Numbered from the stretch's first letter, positions 1 through 8,384 are shown. The stretch: 32,000 nt of DNA from Horticoccus luteus (GCF_019464535.1 NZ_CP080507.1:2940001-2972000); one strand, 5' to 3'. Notes: generated by a model not told the origin, from the sequence alone. Numbers and translations: made by a program.

Positions 1-611
1 GCCGTCAGCGGCGTTTTTTCCGACGGCTTCCACAACGTCGCATTCCCCGCCACCGCCGCGACGGCGCTGTTCCACGACCACACCGCGACCGGAAAGTTAA
101 ACGCCGAAATAATCCCCACCACGCCCAACGGGTGCCACTGCTCCATCATCCGGTGCCCCGGCCGTTCCGAGGCGATCGTCAACCCATGCAACTGCCGCGA
201 AAGTCCCACCGCAAAATCGCAGATGTCGATCATCTCCTGCACCTCCCCCTCGCCCTCGGCGATGATCTTGCCCGCCTCGAGCGACACCAGCCGCCCGAGC
301 GCCGCCTTCCGTTCGCGTAACGCATTGCCGAGCTGTCGCACCACCTCGCCCCGCTTCGGCGCGGGCACCTCCCGCCACGCCAGCCCCGCCCGCTGCGCCG
401 CCGCGGCCACGCGTTCATAATCCTCGCCCGTCGCGTGTCGCACGCGGGCCAGCGGTTTCCCGTCGATCGGCGAGCATTTCTCCACTGTCTCTCCGCTCGC
501 CCGCCACGCGCCGTCAAAGACGCCCGCGTTGCTTTTCGCCGACAACCCCAGCTCCGGAAAAATCGCCCGCGCCACGCCCGCCACCGACGTCATGCCACTT
601 TTCTTTTTCAT
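1..611 (-). CDS. ALDH7/AmaB-type aldehyde dehydrogenase (alpha-aminoadipic semialdehyde / piperideine-6-carboxylate dehydrogenase). Only the N-terminal ~203 codons are present; the 3' part lies outside the window.
   Basis: Absent from the ORF track because it runs off the window edge. Reverse-complement translation from the ATG at comp. 609-611 gives MKKKSGMTSVAGVARAIFPELGLSAKSNAGVFDGAWRASGETVEKCSPIDGKPLARVRHATGEDYERVAAAAQRAGLAWREVPAPKRGEVVRQLGNALRERKAALGRLVSLEAGKIIAEGEGEVQEMIDICDFAVGLSRQLHGLTIASERPGHRMMEQWHPLGVVGIISAFNFPVAVWSWNSAVAAVAGNATLWKPSEKTPLT. This is colinear with the antiquitin/ALDH7 N-terminus as I know it (PAPKRGE-VRQ-G, SLE-GKI-EG-GEVQE-D-CD-AVGLSR, FNFPVAV). Confidence 0.85.
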   Translation of the reverse strand, partial: MKKKSGMTSVAGVARAIFPELGLSAKSNAGVFDGAWRASGETVEKCSPIDGKPLARVRHATGEDYERVAAAAQRAGLAWREVPAPKRGEVVRQLGNALRERKAALGRLVSLEAGKIIAEGEGEVQEMIDICDFAVGLSRQLHGLTIASERPGHRMMEQWHPLGVVGIISAFNFPVAVWSWNSAVAAVAGNATLWKPSEKTPLT

Positions 612-662
612 AAATTTTGTCCCGTTCTCGTGTCACTTCCCGGGTGCGCGGGCGAGCCCGCG

Positions 663-1733
663 TCACGCGCCATACACGCGCCCGCCCCACTTCGTCGCGA
701 GAAACGCTTTGAGCGGCACCGACTCCTGTTTCACGAAACCCGCGCCCAGTTTCCCGCCCGCGAACAATTCCAAAATCGCCACCACGCCCGCCGCCGTCGT
801 GAGCTGGATCGCCGACAACGTGCGGCGCTGCACCACCGCGCCGCGCATTTTCTTCACGAAGCTCCGTTGCACGAGCCGGCCTTTCACCGTCCCGACGACG
901 CTGACGTAAAACACGACCACGTCGTGATCCGTCAGCGGCACTTCCTGGTCGAAAATCTGTGTCAACAACTCCTGCCGGTCCGCAAGATTCAGATCCTGCA
1001 GCATGAAACGCATCAAGTCGCGGTGCCCCGGATAGCGCATCGTCTTGTAGTTCAACTCGCCCACTTTCCCCTCAAACGTTTCGCACATCGTCGCCACGCC
1101 GCCCGACGTGTTGAACGCCTCGTATTCCACCCCATCGACCGTCAGCCGCTCCACGCCGTCCAGCGGCAGCGTCGTGATGCGTTTTCCGCCATGCAGCGCC
1201 TCGCCCAGCTGGCAGTATTCGTTGATCAACCCCGCCGTGCTCCAGCTCAGGTAATATTTCATCTGGTTGCTCGCGAACAACGGCAGCGCCCCCACGCGCA
1301 TCTCGCATTGCCGCACGTTGTCGAGGGATGACGCCAGATCTCCGCCCACGATATTGATCGCGCCCGGCGCCAATCCGCACTGCGGCATGAATGTCGCCTT
1401 CGCGTCTTTCGCCAGCGCGCGCACGAAGTTCGTCGTGTGCACATCCTCCGTCAGGTCGAAATACGAAACGCCCCGCTCCGCGCACGCCTGCGCAATCGTC
1501 TTGTTCAAAAAATACGGCGCCGCGCTCACGACTGCGTCGCACTTCTTCACCAACGCCGCCAACTCCGCCGCCTCTTTCACGTTCAACGTCACCGTGCGCG
1601 CCTTCTTCAACCCGCTCACCTCAACGTCCGACCGCGCATCACCCAGCACGACCGCGCGGCAGAACCGGCAGCTCTCCAGCAACGTCGCAATGGTTGCGCC
1701 GACTTTGCCGGCGCCGATGATTCCGATTTTCAT
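663..1733 (-). CDS. Saccharopine dehydrogenase family oxidoreductase (saccharopine dehydrogenase or L-lysine 6-dehydrogenase type)
   Basis: ORF 663..1790 trimmed to the ATG at comp. 1731-1733. The product starts MKIGIIGAGKVGATIATLL, a Rossmann GxGxxG, and an AAGGA-like Shine-Dalgarno lies 5-9 nt upstream. Size (356 aa) and composition fit the Sacchrp_dh NAD(P)-binding plus C-terminal domain family. It sits 51 nt upstream of the ALDH7-type gene. Confidence 0.75.
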   Translation of the reverse strand: MKIGIIGAGKVGATIATLLESCRFCRAVVLGDARSDVEVSGLKKARTVTLNVKEAAELAALVKKCDAVVSAAPYFLNKTIAQACAERGVSYFDLTEDVHTTNFVRALAKDAKATFMPQCGLAPGAINIVGGDLASSLDNVRQCEMRVGALPLFASNQMKYYLSWSTAGLINEYCQLGEALHGGKRITTLPLDGVERLTVDGVEYEAFNTSGGVATMCETFEGKVGELNYKTMRYPGHRDLMRFMLQDLNLADRQELLTQIFDQEVPLTDHDVVVFYVSVVGTVKGRLVQRSFVKKMRGAVVQRRTLSAIQLTTAAGVVAILELFAGGKLGAGFVKQESVPLKAFLATKWGGRVYGA

Positions 1734-1797
1734 GGGGTCCTTGGGGTAAATATTTTTCTCGTGCGCCGCCCTCCGCCAGACGCCGCCCATCCGGCCG

Positions 1798-3207
1798 CTA
1801 AGTCGAATGCGCCGCCGTCCTCCGCGGGTCCGTCGCCTCGATGATCACGCTCACCGACTTCTGATTAAAGCCTTTGAATCCGCCCTTGCGCTGCAGGTTC
1901 TCCAGATGACTTCCGATCGCGCCGTCGCGCCGAAACGTCGCCGCCTGCTCCGCGCTGATCAAGCCGTCGCGCCGCAGCCGCTCGATGCGCTCCGGTGCCA
2001 CGCGCCACCGCTCGCCCTCGGTAAACGCCTGTTTCAAAAAGTCGAAATCGGAAAACGGTTTCATCGTGCCCACGCCTTCCGTCGCGAGTTGCTCGCGCAG
2101 GCGCGCGAAATCGAAACGCGCTTCCAGATGGTGCATGCCCGCCGCCAGGAAACTGTCGCCATGCAATCCGCACCACAGACCCACCGTGCCCAACCGCGAC
2201 GCCGGCGGCAGCCGGTGCGTGGAGAAATCCACCGCTGTTTCCTCCGGCATCAGGTCCACATCAGCAAACACCACGATACCCGTCACCCGCTGCTCCAAAA
2301 TCTGCGCGCCCCAGCCCGCCTCCGCCCCGGCGTAATAGCGTTCCCGCTTTTCAAACCCCAGCCGCAGCAGAAACGCGATGAGATCCGCGAAGTGCGCGCG
2401 CGAGCACCGGAAGGTGTGGTGATCGTGATTTCCCCAGCCGAGTCCCAACGCATCCTGCCGCCGCTTCTGCACGCGCGCCGCCCGGTTGCGCTCCTCCCAA
2501 AACCGCCGCTCTTCCGCGAAAAATAACTCGCACGCCGCGTCGCGATCCACGTGGCGCAACACCTCATCCAACCGCGCGAAAGCCTGCGCCACGCCCCCTG
2601 CATCCTCGGCGAAATCCCGCGGCCGCGTCCGCCAGAGTTCGCCCGCCCGCAACGCCCCCGCGACAAAATCCGCCGTCGGTTCACGGACGACAAAACCGCG
2701 ATAGCCCAGCCGCTCCACCGCGCTCAAGCGCGTCCCCGCCTCGTCTGCGATCACCGCGCGTCGAAGCCGTGCGCCCCACGCGCCTTCGATCGCCGCGCCT
2801 GCCGCATGCTTCGCCACAAAATCCACCAGGCGTTCCGGCCGCACCGCCAGCTCCACCGGCCCGCCGTCACGACTGCCGCCCGCCCGCACCACGACCCGCG
2901 GCATCATCGCGCGCGGATGCCACCACACCGCCACATCCGTGGGCGCCTCCACGCGCTCCTCCGCGAAGCCCGCCGCGCTCAACTCCGCCACGTGCTCCGG
3001 CGCCACCGTTACATGGTCGACCCACTCATAAAACTCCGTGCCCGTTTCATCGCGCATCCGTTCTGCGAGCCGCCGGGCCACCGCGTTGCCGCGGAGAAAC
3101 GCCTCAATCCACCGCGTAACCAGCGCCTCCGCCTCGTGCGCCAGCGGCCAGTCAAACGTGGCCGGCGCCGACGCTCCTTTCGTTTCCGATGCCGCAGGAG
3201 AAACCAT
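1798..3207 (-). CDS. Hypothetical protein, probably a two-module VOC (glyoxalase/dioxygenase-fold) metalloenzyme; family not securely recognised
   Basis: ORF 1798..3456 trimmed to the ATG at comp. 3205-3207 (MVSPAASETKG...), because the 83 upstream codons are Arg/Gly/Trp-rich junk. The rest has balanced composition. Two His-rich beta-alpha-beta-like starts are present: NHDHHTFRCSRAHFADLIAFLLRLGFE followed by AQILEQR, and GMHHLEARFDFARLREQL. These are typical of vicinal-oxygen-chelate modules. Confidence 0.65.
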   Translation of the reverse strand: MVSPAASETKGASAPATFDWPLAHEAEALVTRWIEAFLRGNAVARRLAERMRDETGTEFYEWVDHVTVAPEHVAELSAAGFAEERVEAPTDVAVWWHPRAMMPRVVVRAGGSRDGGPVELAVRPERLVDFVAKHAAGAAIEGAWGARLRRAVIADEAGTRLSAVERLGYRGFVVREPTADFVAGALRAGELWRTRPRDFAEDAGGVAQAFARLDEVLRHVDRDAACELFFAEERRFWEERNRAARVQKRRQDALGLGWGNHDHHTFRCSRAHFADLIAFLLRLGFEKRERYYAGAEAGWGAQILEQRVTGIVVFADVDLMPEETAVDFSTHRLPPASRLGTVGLWCGLHGDSFLAAGMHHLEARFDFARLREQLATEGVGTMKPFSDFDFLKQAFTEGERWRVAPERIERLRRDGLISAEQAATFRRDGAIGSHLENLQRKGGFKGFNQKSVSVIIEATDPRRTAAHST

Positions 3208-3431
3208 GGGGTAATGGGTGTCCGCGGACCGTGCCTCAGTTCCCCGACGGGTCCACGCGAAACCCAACCCCCGCGCCCCTTTACGCCAAACGCGGTAGCC
3301 GCGCCCGCACCCCGTAGGACCGGCGCTCGTCGCCGCGCCCATCTCGCGCGCGTCGCTCTCGGCGCCGTTGCCCCTTCCCGACCATGCGTGCCATTCGCGA
3401 GCAGATCCCCCACGTCCGCCGTGCCGGCACG

Positions 3432-4169
3432 CTACCTGCGGCCAAACAACTCCCACATCAACACCGCTCCTGCCACCGACACGTTAAGCGACTCCACGCG
3501 CCCACTGCCCGGAATCGTCACCAGCCGCGAACACGCCGCCGCCACGTCCGCCGCCAGGCCATGTTCCTCGTTGCCGAGCACGAGCGCGACCGGCCTGCCC
3601 TCTCTCCCTTTCGCCTCCGGCCGCCCGCCCCGCGCCGCCGCGCCCGCGACATCATAACCGGCCGCGATCAACGCGCGCACCAACGCCGCCAGCCCCGGCA
3701 CGCAAAAAACATCCACCGCTTCGAGCCCGCCCTCCGCCACGCGAAATGCCGCCTCGCCCGGCCGCGCCGCCGCCGGATCGTCGGGCAGCACGATCTTGTT
3801 CACGCCGAAAAATCCCGCCGTCCGTGCCAGCGCGCCCAGATTGTGCGCGTTGCCGATGCGATCGAGCAGGAGCACCGCCTCACCGCGCGCCGCCCACGCC
3901 TTCAACTCCGCCGCCGTCGGCGCTCGCAACGCCGGCGCTGCTACGATCGCCACAATGCCGCCGTGATGGATCGAGCCCGCGATCTTCGCGAGCTCCGCGG
4001 TTTCCACGCAGCGGTAAACGCGTTTCGATTCCGCGAGCGCCTTGCACATTGCGCCGACCTTCCGGCTCGTCTCGCGATCGAAGAACAACCGCTTGATCGA
4101 CGCCGCATCCCGCGCAAACCGCGCCCGCACCGCCGCCAGCCCGCAAATCGTGAGTTCCCCGCCTTTCAT
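3432..4169 (-). CDS. SpoU/TrmH-family RNA 2'-O-ribose methyltransferase
   Basis: 245-aa ORF carrying the three SpoU motifs: LLLDRIGNAHNLGALARTAG, ALVLGNEEHGL and IPGSGRVESLNVSVAGAVLMWE. Confidence 0.85.
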   Translation of the reverse strand: MKGGELTICGLAAVRARFARDAASIKRLFFDRETSRKVGAMCKALAESKRVYRCVETAELAKIAGSIHHGGIVAIVAAPALRAPTAAELKAWAARGEAVLLLDRIGNAHNLGALARTAGFFGVNKIVLPDDPAAARPGEAAFRVAEGGLEAVDVFCVPGLAALVRALIAAGYDVAGAAARGGRPEAKGREGRPVALVLGNEEHGLAADVAAACSRLVTIPGSGRVESLNVSVAGAVLMWELFGRR

Positions 4170-4222
4170 CCGAGCAGTCGATGCCGGTCAGCGACGCAAC
4201 ACCACTCCGGAATTGGCCGGCC

Positions 4223-6574
4223 TTAATCCAGTTGGAATTCGATCGGCACCTGCAAATGAAACCTCACCGGCTGGCCATTGCGTTCGGCCGGCGAGAACTT
4301 CCATTGCCGCAAGGCCTCAAGCGCCGGTTCTTCGAAAAGCGGCTCCGACGACAAAACAATCGCGGCATCCAGAACCCTCCCGCTCTCGTCGACGATGAAA
4401 TCGACCGTGACGATGCCCGTAACTCCCGCCGCCAACGCCGCGCGGGGATAGAAAGGAGCCACCCGCTTGAGCGGCTTGGGCGCCACATCCACGTCGGCGT
4501 TCTCTGAAATCGCCGCCACGTCATTGAACACGACCGGCAGAAGGAATCGTGCCGCGGCTGGTTTCCCTTCGGCCCGCAACGGCTGAAAGCGCCATTCCCG
4601 AATTGCCGCCAGGGCCTCCGTCGCCAACGCCCGCTCTCCCGCCTGCACCCGCGGAAACAGCACCCTTCCTTCACCGTCGATCACGACCTCCACCGTGACC
4701 GTCGCGCGCGGTAAAGCTCCGGACCAGTAATTGCGTGGATCCGATGGCATCACCATAGTCTTCAACTTCGGTTGCGCATCGAGCTTCCGCGCGGTCACGA
4801 CCGTCGGCCCATTGACGTCATCCGCCCCGGCCGCCTCCAGCACGGCGGCACACCGTTTCGCATGACAAAGTTTCGCCACCTGCAAGATCGGCCAGTTTCC
4901 GTGCAATTTCACGCGGATGTCCCATCCATCCTCGATTGCCCGCTTTAACACGTTCTCGAGATCGAGCCCCACCGCCGCTTCGATGTTACTCTCCGCATTT
5001 TTCCCTTTCACGTCCACGCGGGCGCCGTGATTCGCCAGCAACCGCGCGGCTTCGGCATGTCCGTAAAGAAGCGCCAGGTCCAGCGGCTGCAGTCCCGCCC
5101 GGTCGGCGGCCGCCACCGAAGCGCCCGCTTGCAACAACGCTTTCACTGTTTCCCCATCACCTCCCACGGCCGCGTAGTGCAAAGCCGTGCGACCATCCGC
5201 CGACACGGCATCGGCCGGAGCGTGCGCGATGAGCAGGTGTTGCACGACCACGACGTATCCCTGCAAGGCGGCCGACATCAATGCGGTGATCCCATTCTTC
5301 GTCGCGGCCGAAACCGGCGCACCCGCTCGCAACAGCAGATCCACGAACTCCGGATCGTCCCACGCTGTCGCGGCGATCAACGCCGTTCGTCCACGGCTTT
5401 CCGCTTTCGTTTGCGCGCCCCGCGCCAGGAGAAATTTCGCCATGCCTTTTCGGCCGGAATAAATCTTCGAAATCAGCACGCGATCGAGCTGGTGCGATTG
5501 CCGACCTCTGTCCCCGTCCTGCTCCGCGAGGATCTCGGCCACGGCCAGTTGGTTTTCATTGATCGCGGCCGCCATCGGAGTCCGTCCGCTGTCATCCCTC
5601 TTATCCGCATCCGCATGCGCCCGTAACAATTCGCGCACGACACCCGCATGGCCTCCGCCGCTCGCGAACAAGAGTGGCGTGGCACCTCTTTCGTCCTCGC
5701 TGTCCTGCGCCGCTCCCGCCGCCAACAGTGCTCCCACCGCCGCCTCCCGTCCCTTCTCCGCCGCCCAATGCAGCGGCGTAGACCTCCCTCCGTCGCGGCC
5801 GATGTCAACTTTCGCCTTGGCCTGCACGAGACCGCTAACCGCCGACGCCAGTCCGGCTTCTGCGGCCAAATGCAGCAGCGTCGGTCCTCCGCGTCCCGCC
5901 TCGTTGACTTCCTTCTTCGATAACGCCGTGAAATCGGTCCGGCCGTTCAACATCATGTCCACCAGCGCCGCCTGCACCCGCGGACTCGGTAAAAACGGCC
6001 GCGCCGGCACCCAGCCCTGCGCATCCCATCGCAGTAACACCGGCTGCCCTCGTGCCTCATCTTCCGTCAACGGAATCGTCACCGTTCGTTTGAATATGGT
6101 CGTCGACGTGACGACCGGCACCGCTTGCGCGGCGATATGTGTAAGCTTCCCGTCGATCAGCCACGCAAAGACCACCACCGCGGGCTCCGCTTCATGTCCT
6201 TCCCAATATTCCTGCCACCCGGCCGACCGAATCCCCCTCATTCCTCGGGCCACGCCTACCGCCGCCACGAGCTCCCCCGCCCGCAGGCTCGCCCCCGGTG
6301 GTTGCTCCGGACGCCGGGAAATCGAATAGCTGGGCGACCAGCACAGCAAACGCGCGTTCTCCCGCACCTCCCCGGTCAACGTCCATTCCGCGCCGGCCGG
6401 CGCCGCCACGGTCTTGCCACCCACCGTCACAAAAATCTGCTTCCCGTCGACGGCTGCGATGGGCGCCAACTCGCCATCCACGCGGCATGCCAATTGGAGT
6501 CCCGCCGCATACCCGACGTTGACAGACGCTATTCCAAGCACGACCACCAGCCAGATGGGGAAAACACGTCGCAT
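4223..6574 (-). CDS. Exported or membrane-anchored ankyrin-repeat protein with two tandem TonB C-terminal (TonB_C) domains
   Basis: ORF 4223..6592 begins at a GTG; I prefer the ATG at comp. 6572-6574 (MRRVFPIWLVVVLGIASVNVGYAAG, hydrophobic N-terminus). There are at least 8 ankyrin repeats (nt ~4823-5887), e.g. STPLHWAAEKGREAAVGALLAAGA and RTALHYAAVGGDGETVKALLQAGA. Two TonB_C-like modules lie at nt ~4226-4747, e.g. YPRAALAAGVTGIVTVDFIVDESGRVLDAAIVLSSEPLFEEPALEALRQWKFSP. Confidence 0.85.
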   Translation of the reverse strand: MRRVFPIWLVVVLGIASVNVGYAAGLQLACRVDGELAPIAAVDGKQIFVTVGGKTVAAPAGAEWTLTGEVRENARLLCWSPSYSISRRPEQPPGASLRAGELVAAVGVARGMRGIRSAGWQEYWEGHEAEPAVVVFAWLIDGKLTHIAAQAVPVVTSTTIFKRTVTIPLTEDEARGQPVLLRWDAQGWVPARPFLPSPRVQAALVDMMLNGRTDFTALSKKEVNEAGRGGPTLLHLAAEAGLASAVSGLVQAKAKVDIGRDGGRSTPLHWAAEKGREAAVGALLAAGAAQDSEDERGATPLLFASGGGHAGVVRELLRAHADADKRDDSGRTPMAAAINENQLAVAEILAEQDGDRGRQSHQLDRVLISKIYSGRKGMAKFLLARGAQTKAESRGRTALIAATAWDDPEFVDLLLRAGAPVSAATKNGITALMSAALQGYVVVVQHLLIAHAPADAVSADGRTALHYAAVGGDGETVKALLQAGASVAAADRAGLQPLDLALLYGHAEAARLLANHGARVDVKGKNAESNIEAAVGLDLENVLKRAIEDGWDIRVKLHGNWPILQVAKLCHAKRCAAVLEAAGADDVNGPTVVTARKLDAQPKLKTMVMPSDPRNYWSGALPRATVTVEVVIDGEGRVLFPRVQAGERALATEALAAIREWRFQPLRAEGKPAAARFLLPVVFNDVAAISENADVDVAPKPLKRVAPFYPRAALAAGVTGIVTVDFIVDESGRVLDAAIVLSSEPLFEEPALEALRQWKFSPAERNGQPVRFHLQVPIEFQLD

Positions 6575-6619
6575 AGGGGCAGGCGAGTCCACGCCGCCGA
6601 CGGCGCGACGCCAACAATA

Positions 6620-6625
6620 ATTATC
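6620..6625 (-). promoter_or_regulatory. Candidate -10 element (GATAAT on the minus strand) for the ankyrin/TonB_C gene
   Basis: This is the only AT-rich island (ccaacaataattatcg) between the strong terminator at 6650-6679 and the ATG at 6574. It lies about 46 nt upstream of that ATG. I found no convincing -35. Confidence 0.3.
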
Positions 6626-6649
6626 GCCCCAGTTCGAATGCCGTCTGAG

Positions 6650-6679
6650 AAAACAAAAACGCCCGCTCGCAGCGGGCGT
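6650..6679 (-). terminator. Rho-independent terminator downstream of the GxGYxYP gene
   Basis: Perfect 8-bp GC-rich stem acgcccgc(6659-6666)/gcgggcgt(6672-6679) with a 5-nt loop. On the minus strand it is followed by TTTTTGTTTT (comp. of 6650-6658). It lies 31 nt after the stop codon at 6710. Confidence 0.8.
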
Positions 6680-6709
6680 TTGTTACTCTAAGGAAGGCGT
6701 TGCCGCGCG

Positions 6710-8383
6710 TCAGAATCCCTTGAAGTGCTTCGGCTCGTTCGGGTCCTGATAACGCGTCGTATACGTCTTGTTGCTCGCGGCGAGTTTCAGGAAGACGTCC
6801 AGCGGCACGATCTCCGTCGGGCCGTCGAGTTGCTTCGTGACTTCGATCAGGCTGTTCACGTCGTTCGACTCGCGCACGTGCACGAGCAAGAAATACGGCC
6901 GCTTCGTGTTCAGCGCGATCATCTCGTTCAAGTCCGCCGCCACCTCCTCGCGGGGCCGCTTCGGATTGATGTAGTATTCGTAGGAAATCATCGGCCGCGT
7001 GTCGCGCAGATCGCGCGTCCGCGCCGGACCGTAGCCGTTGATGAATCCGATCACATCCGGAAACGCTTTATAATATGCATCGACGGTCGCCTTCGTGAGA
7101 TCCGCGTTGCCCAGGTTTCCATCGGCCGCCGAGTTGTCCATGATCTCCATCACATGCTCGTCGAGCTGCGCCATCAGTTTGCGCGCCTCGGCCATCAATC
7201 CCGGAAAGCGATCCGCCGGAATATGGTTCGGATACATGTAGCCCGGCCCCGAAAGACCGCCGATAAAGTAGTCGTTCGGCGTGGCGCTCTCGTGGAAATA
7301 CTCCAGCGCCGCCGGCGAAAACTTCGTCCAGTTCATCGTCACCTGCCACGCAAACGGCAGTTTGCCGCGCCCCGGCTTCGTCCAGACGCCGATCCCGATC
7401 GAGTCGGACTGCACAAACGCGAGATAAACCTTCGGCTTTGCCGTGAGCTTCGCGTCGAGCGGCACGTTGTTGTTGTTCGTGAACTTGAAACCCGGCGTGA
7501 ACGTGAACTGACAATTGAAACTCAGGTTCGGCAGGTTGTGCAGTCCTTCCATCTTCAACCCGTAACTCGAGAGCAACGTCGTGTGCTGCTCCTCGGTGTC
7601 TTTGCCATACGGATGCCAGCCAAACACCGTCGAGCCTGGCTTCAGTTCGGAGAGGATTTTGCGTTCCAGCGCGAGCTCCGCCGCATCCTTCGGATCCGCC
7701 GACAAATCCTCGAAAAACATCTTCTGCCGCACGCCCCAGTCCGCCATGCCCGGCATGCGAATGCCGCCCCGGTGTCCGCCCATCAACATCACGGCGTCCT
7801 TCGTGCATCGCGCCCAGTAATGATTATAAGCATCTTGATAGATCTGGGCGTCGGTCTGGCCTGCATAACGCCCGCGCAAGTCATCGATTTTCTTCAACCC
7901 GTGCTGCTCGGCGAGCGGGATCAACGCTTCGCTCACCACGACCGCATCCTCCAACCCCGCGATCGTAAACGCCACGTTCAGCGACGGCTCCACTTGCGTG
8001 TCCCAGACGACGTAGCCCTTCGCATAACGCGCGAACTGCGTGAGCGCGTCGTTGGCGTTGGCGATCGGCGTGAACTCCACGCCGTGCTTGCGCTCGTAAA
8101 ACTCATACAGGGGCTCCGTGATCTCCCACTGATAATCCTTCGGGTGGATGATGTAGAGCCGCGGCGCCGTGCGATTCGCCAGCCCCTGCAGGCTGATCAA
8201 CATCGCCTTCTCCGGCAGCCCTTCCTTCACCAGCCAGTTTCCATCGAAGTGCATCACCCACGCGTGGTGCGCCTCCGGCGTCTGCACCGCCGGCGCGGAG
8301 GACGTGTTTTCCGCCGCGCCAGCGTGGGACGCGCCCAGCGCCGCCACGGCCGCGATCAAAACAAAAGAGAGATATTTTTTCAT
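6710..8383 (-). CDS. GxGYxYP-family protein (putative glycoside hydrolase), secreted
   Basis: 557-aa ORF with signal peptide MKKYLSFVLIAAVAALGASHAGAAE. The family signature GPGYMYP is encoded at comp. 7229-7249, which I checked directly in the nucleotides (GGG CCG GGC TAC ATG TAT CCG). Confidence 0.8.
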   Translation of the reverse strand: MKKYLSFVLIAAVAALGASHAGAAENTSSAPAVQTPEAHHAWVMHFDGNWLVKEGLPEKAMLISLQGLANRTAPRLYIIHPKDYQWEITEPLYEFYERKHGVEFTPIANANDALTQFARYAKGYVVWDTQVEPSLNVAFTIAGLEDAVVVSEALIPLAEQHGLKKIDDLRGRYAGQTDAQIYQDAYNHYWARCTKDAVMLMGGHRGGIRMPGMADWGVRQKMFFEDLSADPKDAAELALERKILSELKPGSTVFGWHPYGKDTEEQHTTLLSSYGLKMEGLHNLPNLSFNCQFTFTPGFKFTNNNNVPLDAKLTAKPKVYLAFVQSDSIGIGVWTKPGRGKLPFAWQVTMNWTKFSPAALEYFHESATPNDYFIGGLSGPGYMYPNHIPADRFPGLMAEARKLMAQLDEHVMEIMDNSAADGNLGNADLTKATVDAYYKAFPDVIGFINGYGPARTRDLRDTRPMISYEYYINPKRPREEVAADLNEMIALNTKRPYFLLVHVRESNDVNSLIEVTKQLDGPTEIVPLDVFLKLAASNKTYTTRYQDPNEPKHFKGF

Positions 8384-8384
8384 G

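Noticed and set aside
435-1331. 298-aa plus-strand ORF and several 60-160-aa ORFs in 97..1844
   Set aside because: They overlap the ALDH7-type and saccharopine-DH-family genes on the opposite strand or out of frame. Arg/His/Pro-rich with no motifs.
3208-3456. 83-codon N-terminal extension of the VOC-like ORF, which would remove the 224-nt gap to the SpoU gene
   Set aside because: The extension (MGVVWPQVACRHGGRGGSAREWHAWSGRGNG...) is Arg/Gly/Trp-rich junk and would overlap the 3' end of the SpoU gene. The first plausible start is the ATG at 3207. The gap itself showed only a short cgtg/cacg palindrome and no convincing structure or ORF.
6628-6645. tRNA-like T-loop string (cagttcgaatgcc); similar gttcaatc at ~17335 and gttcaaac at ~12186
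   Set aside because: No flanking 5-bp T-stems, acceptor stem, D-arm or anticodon arm can be drawn, so these are isolated chance matches. I found no tRNA, rRNA, tmRNA, SRP RNA or RNase P RNA signatures in the window.
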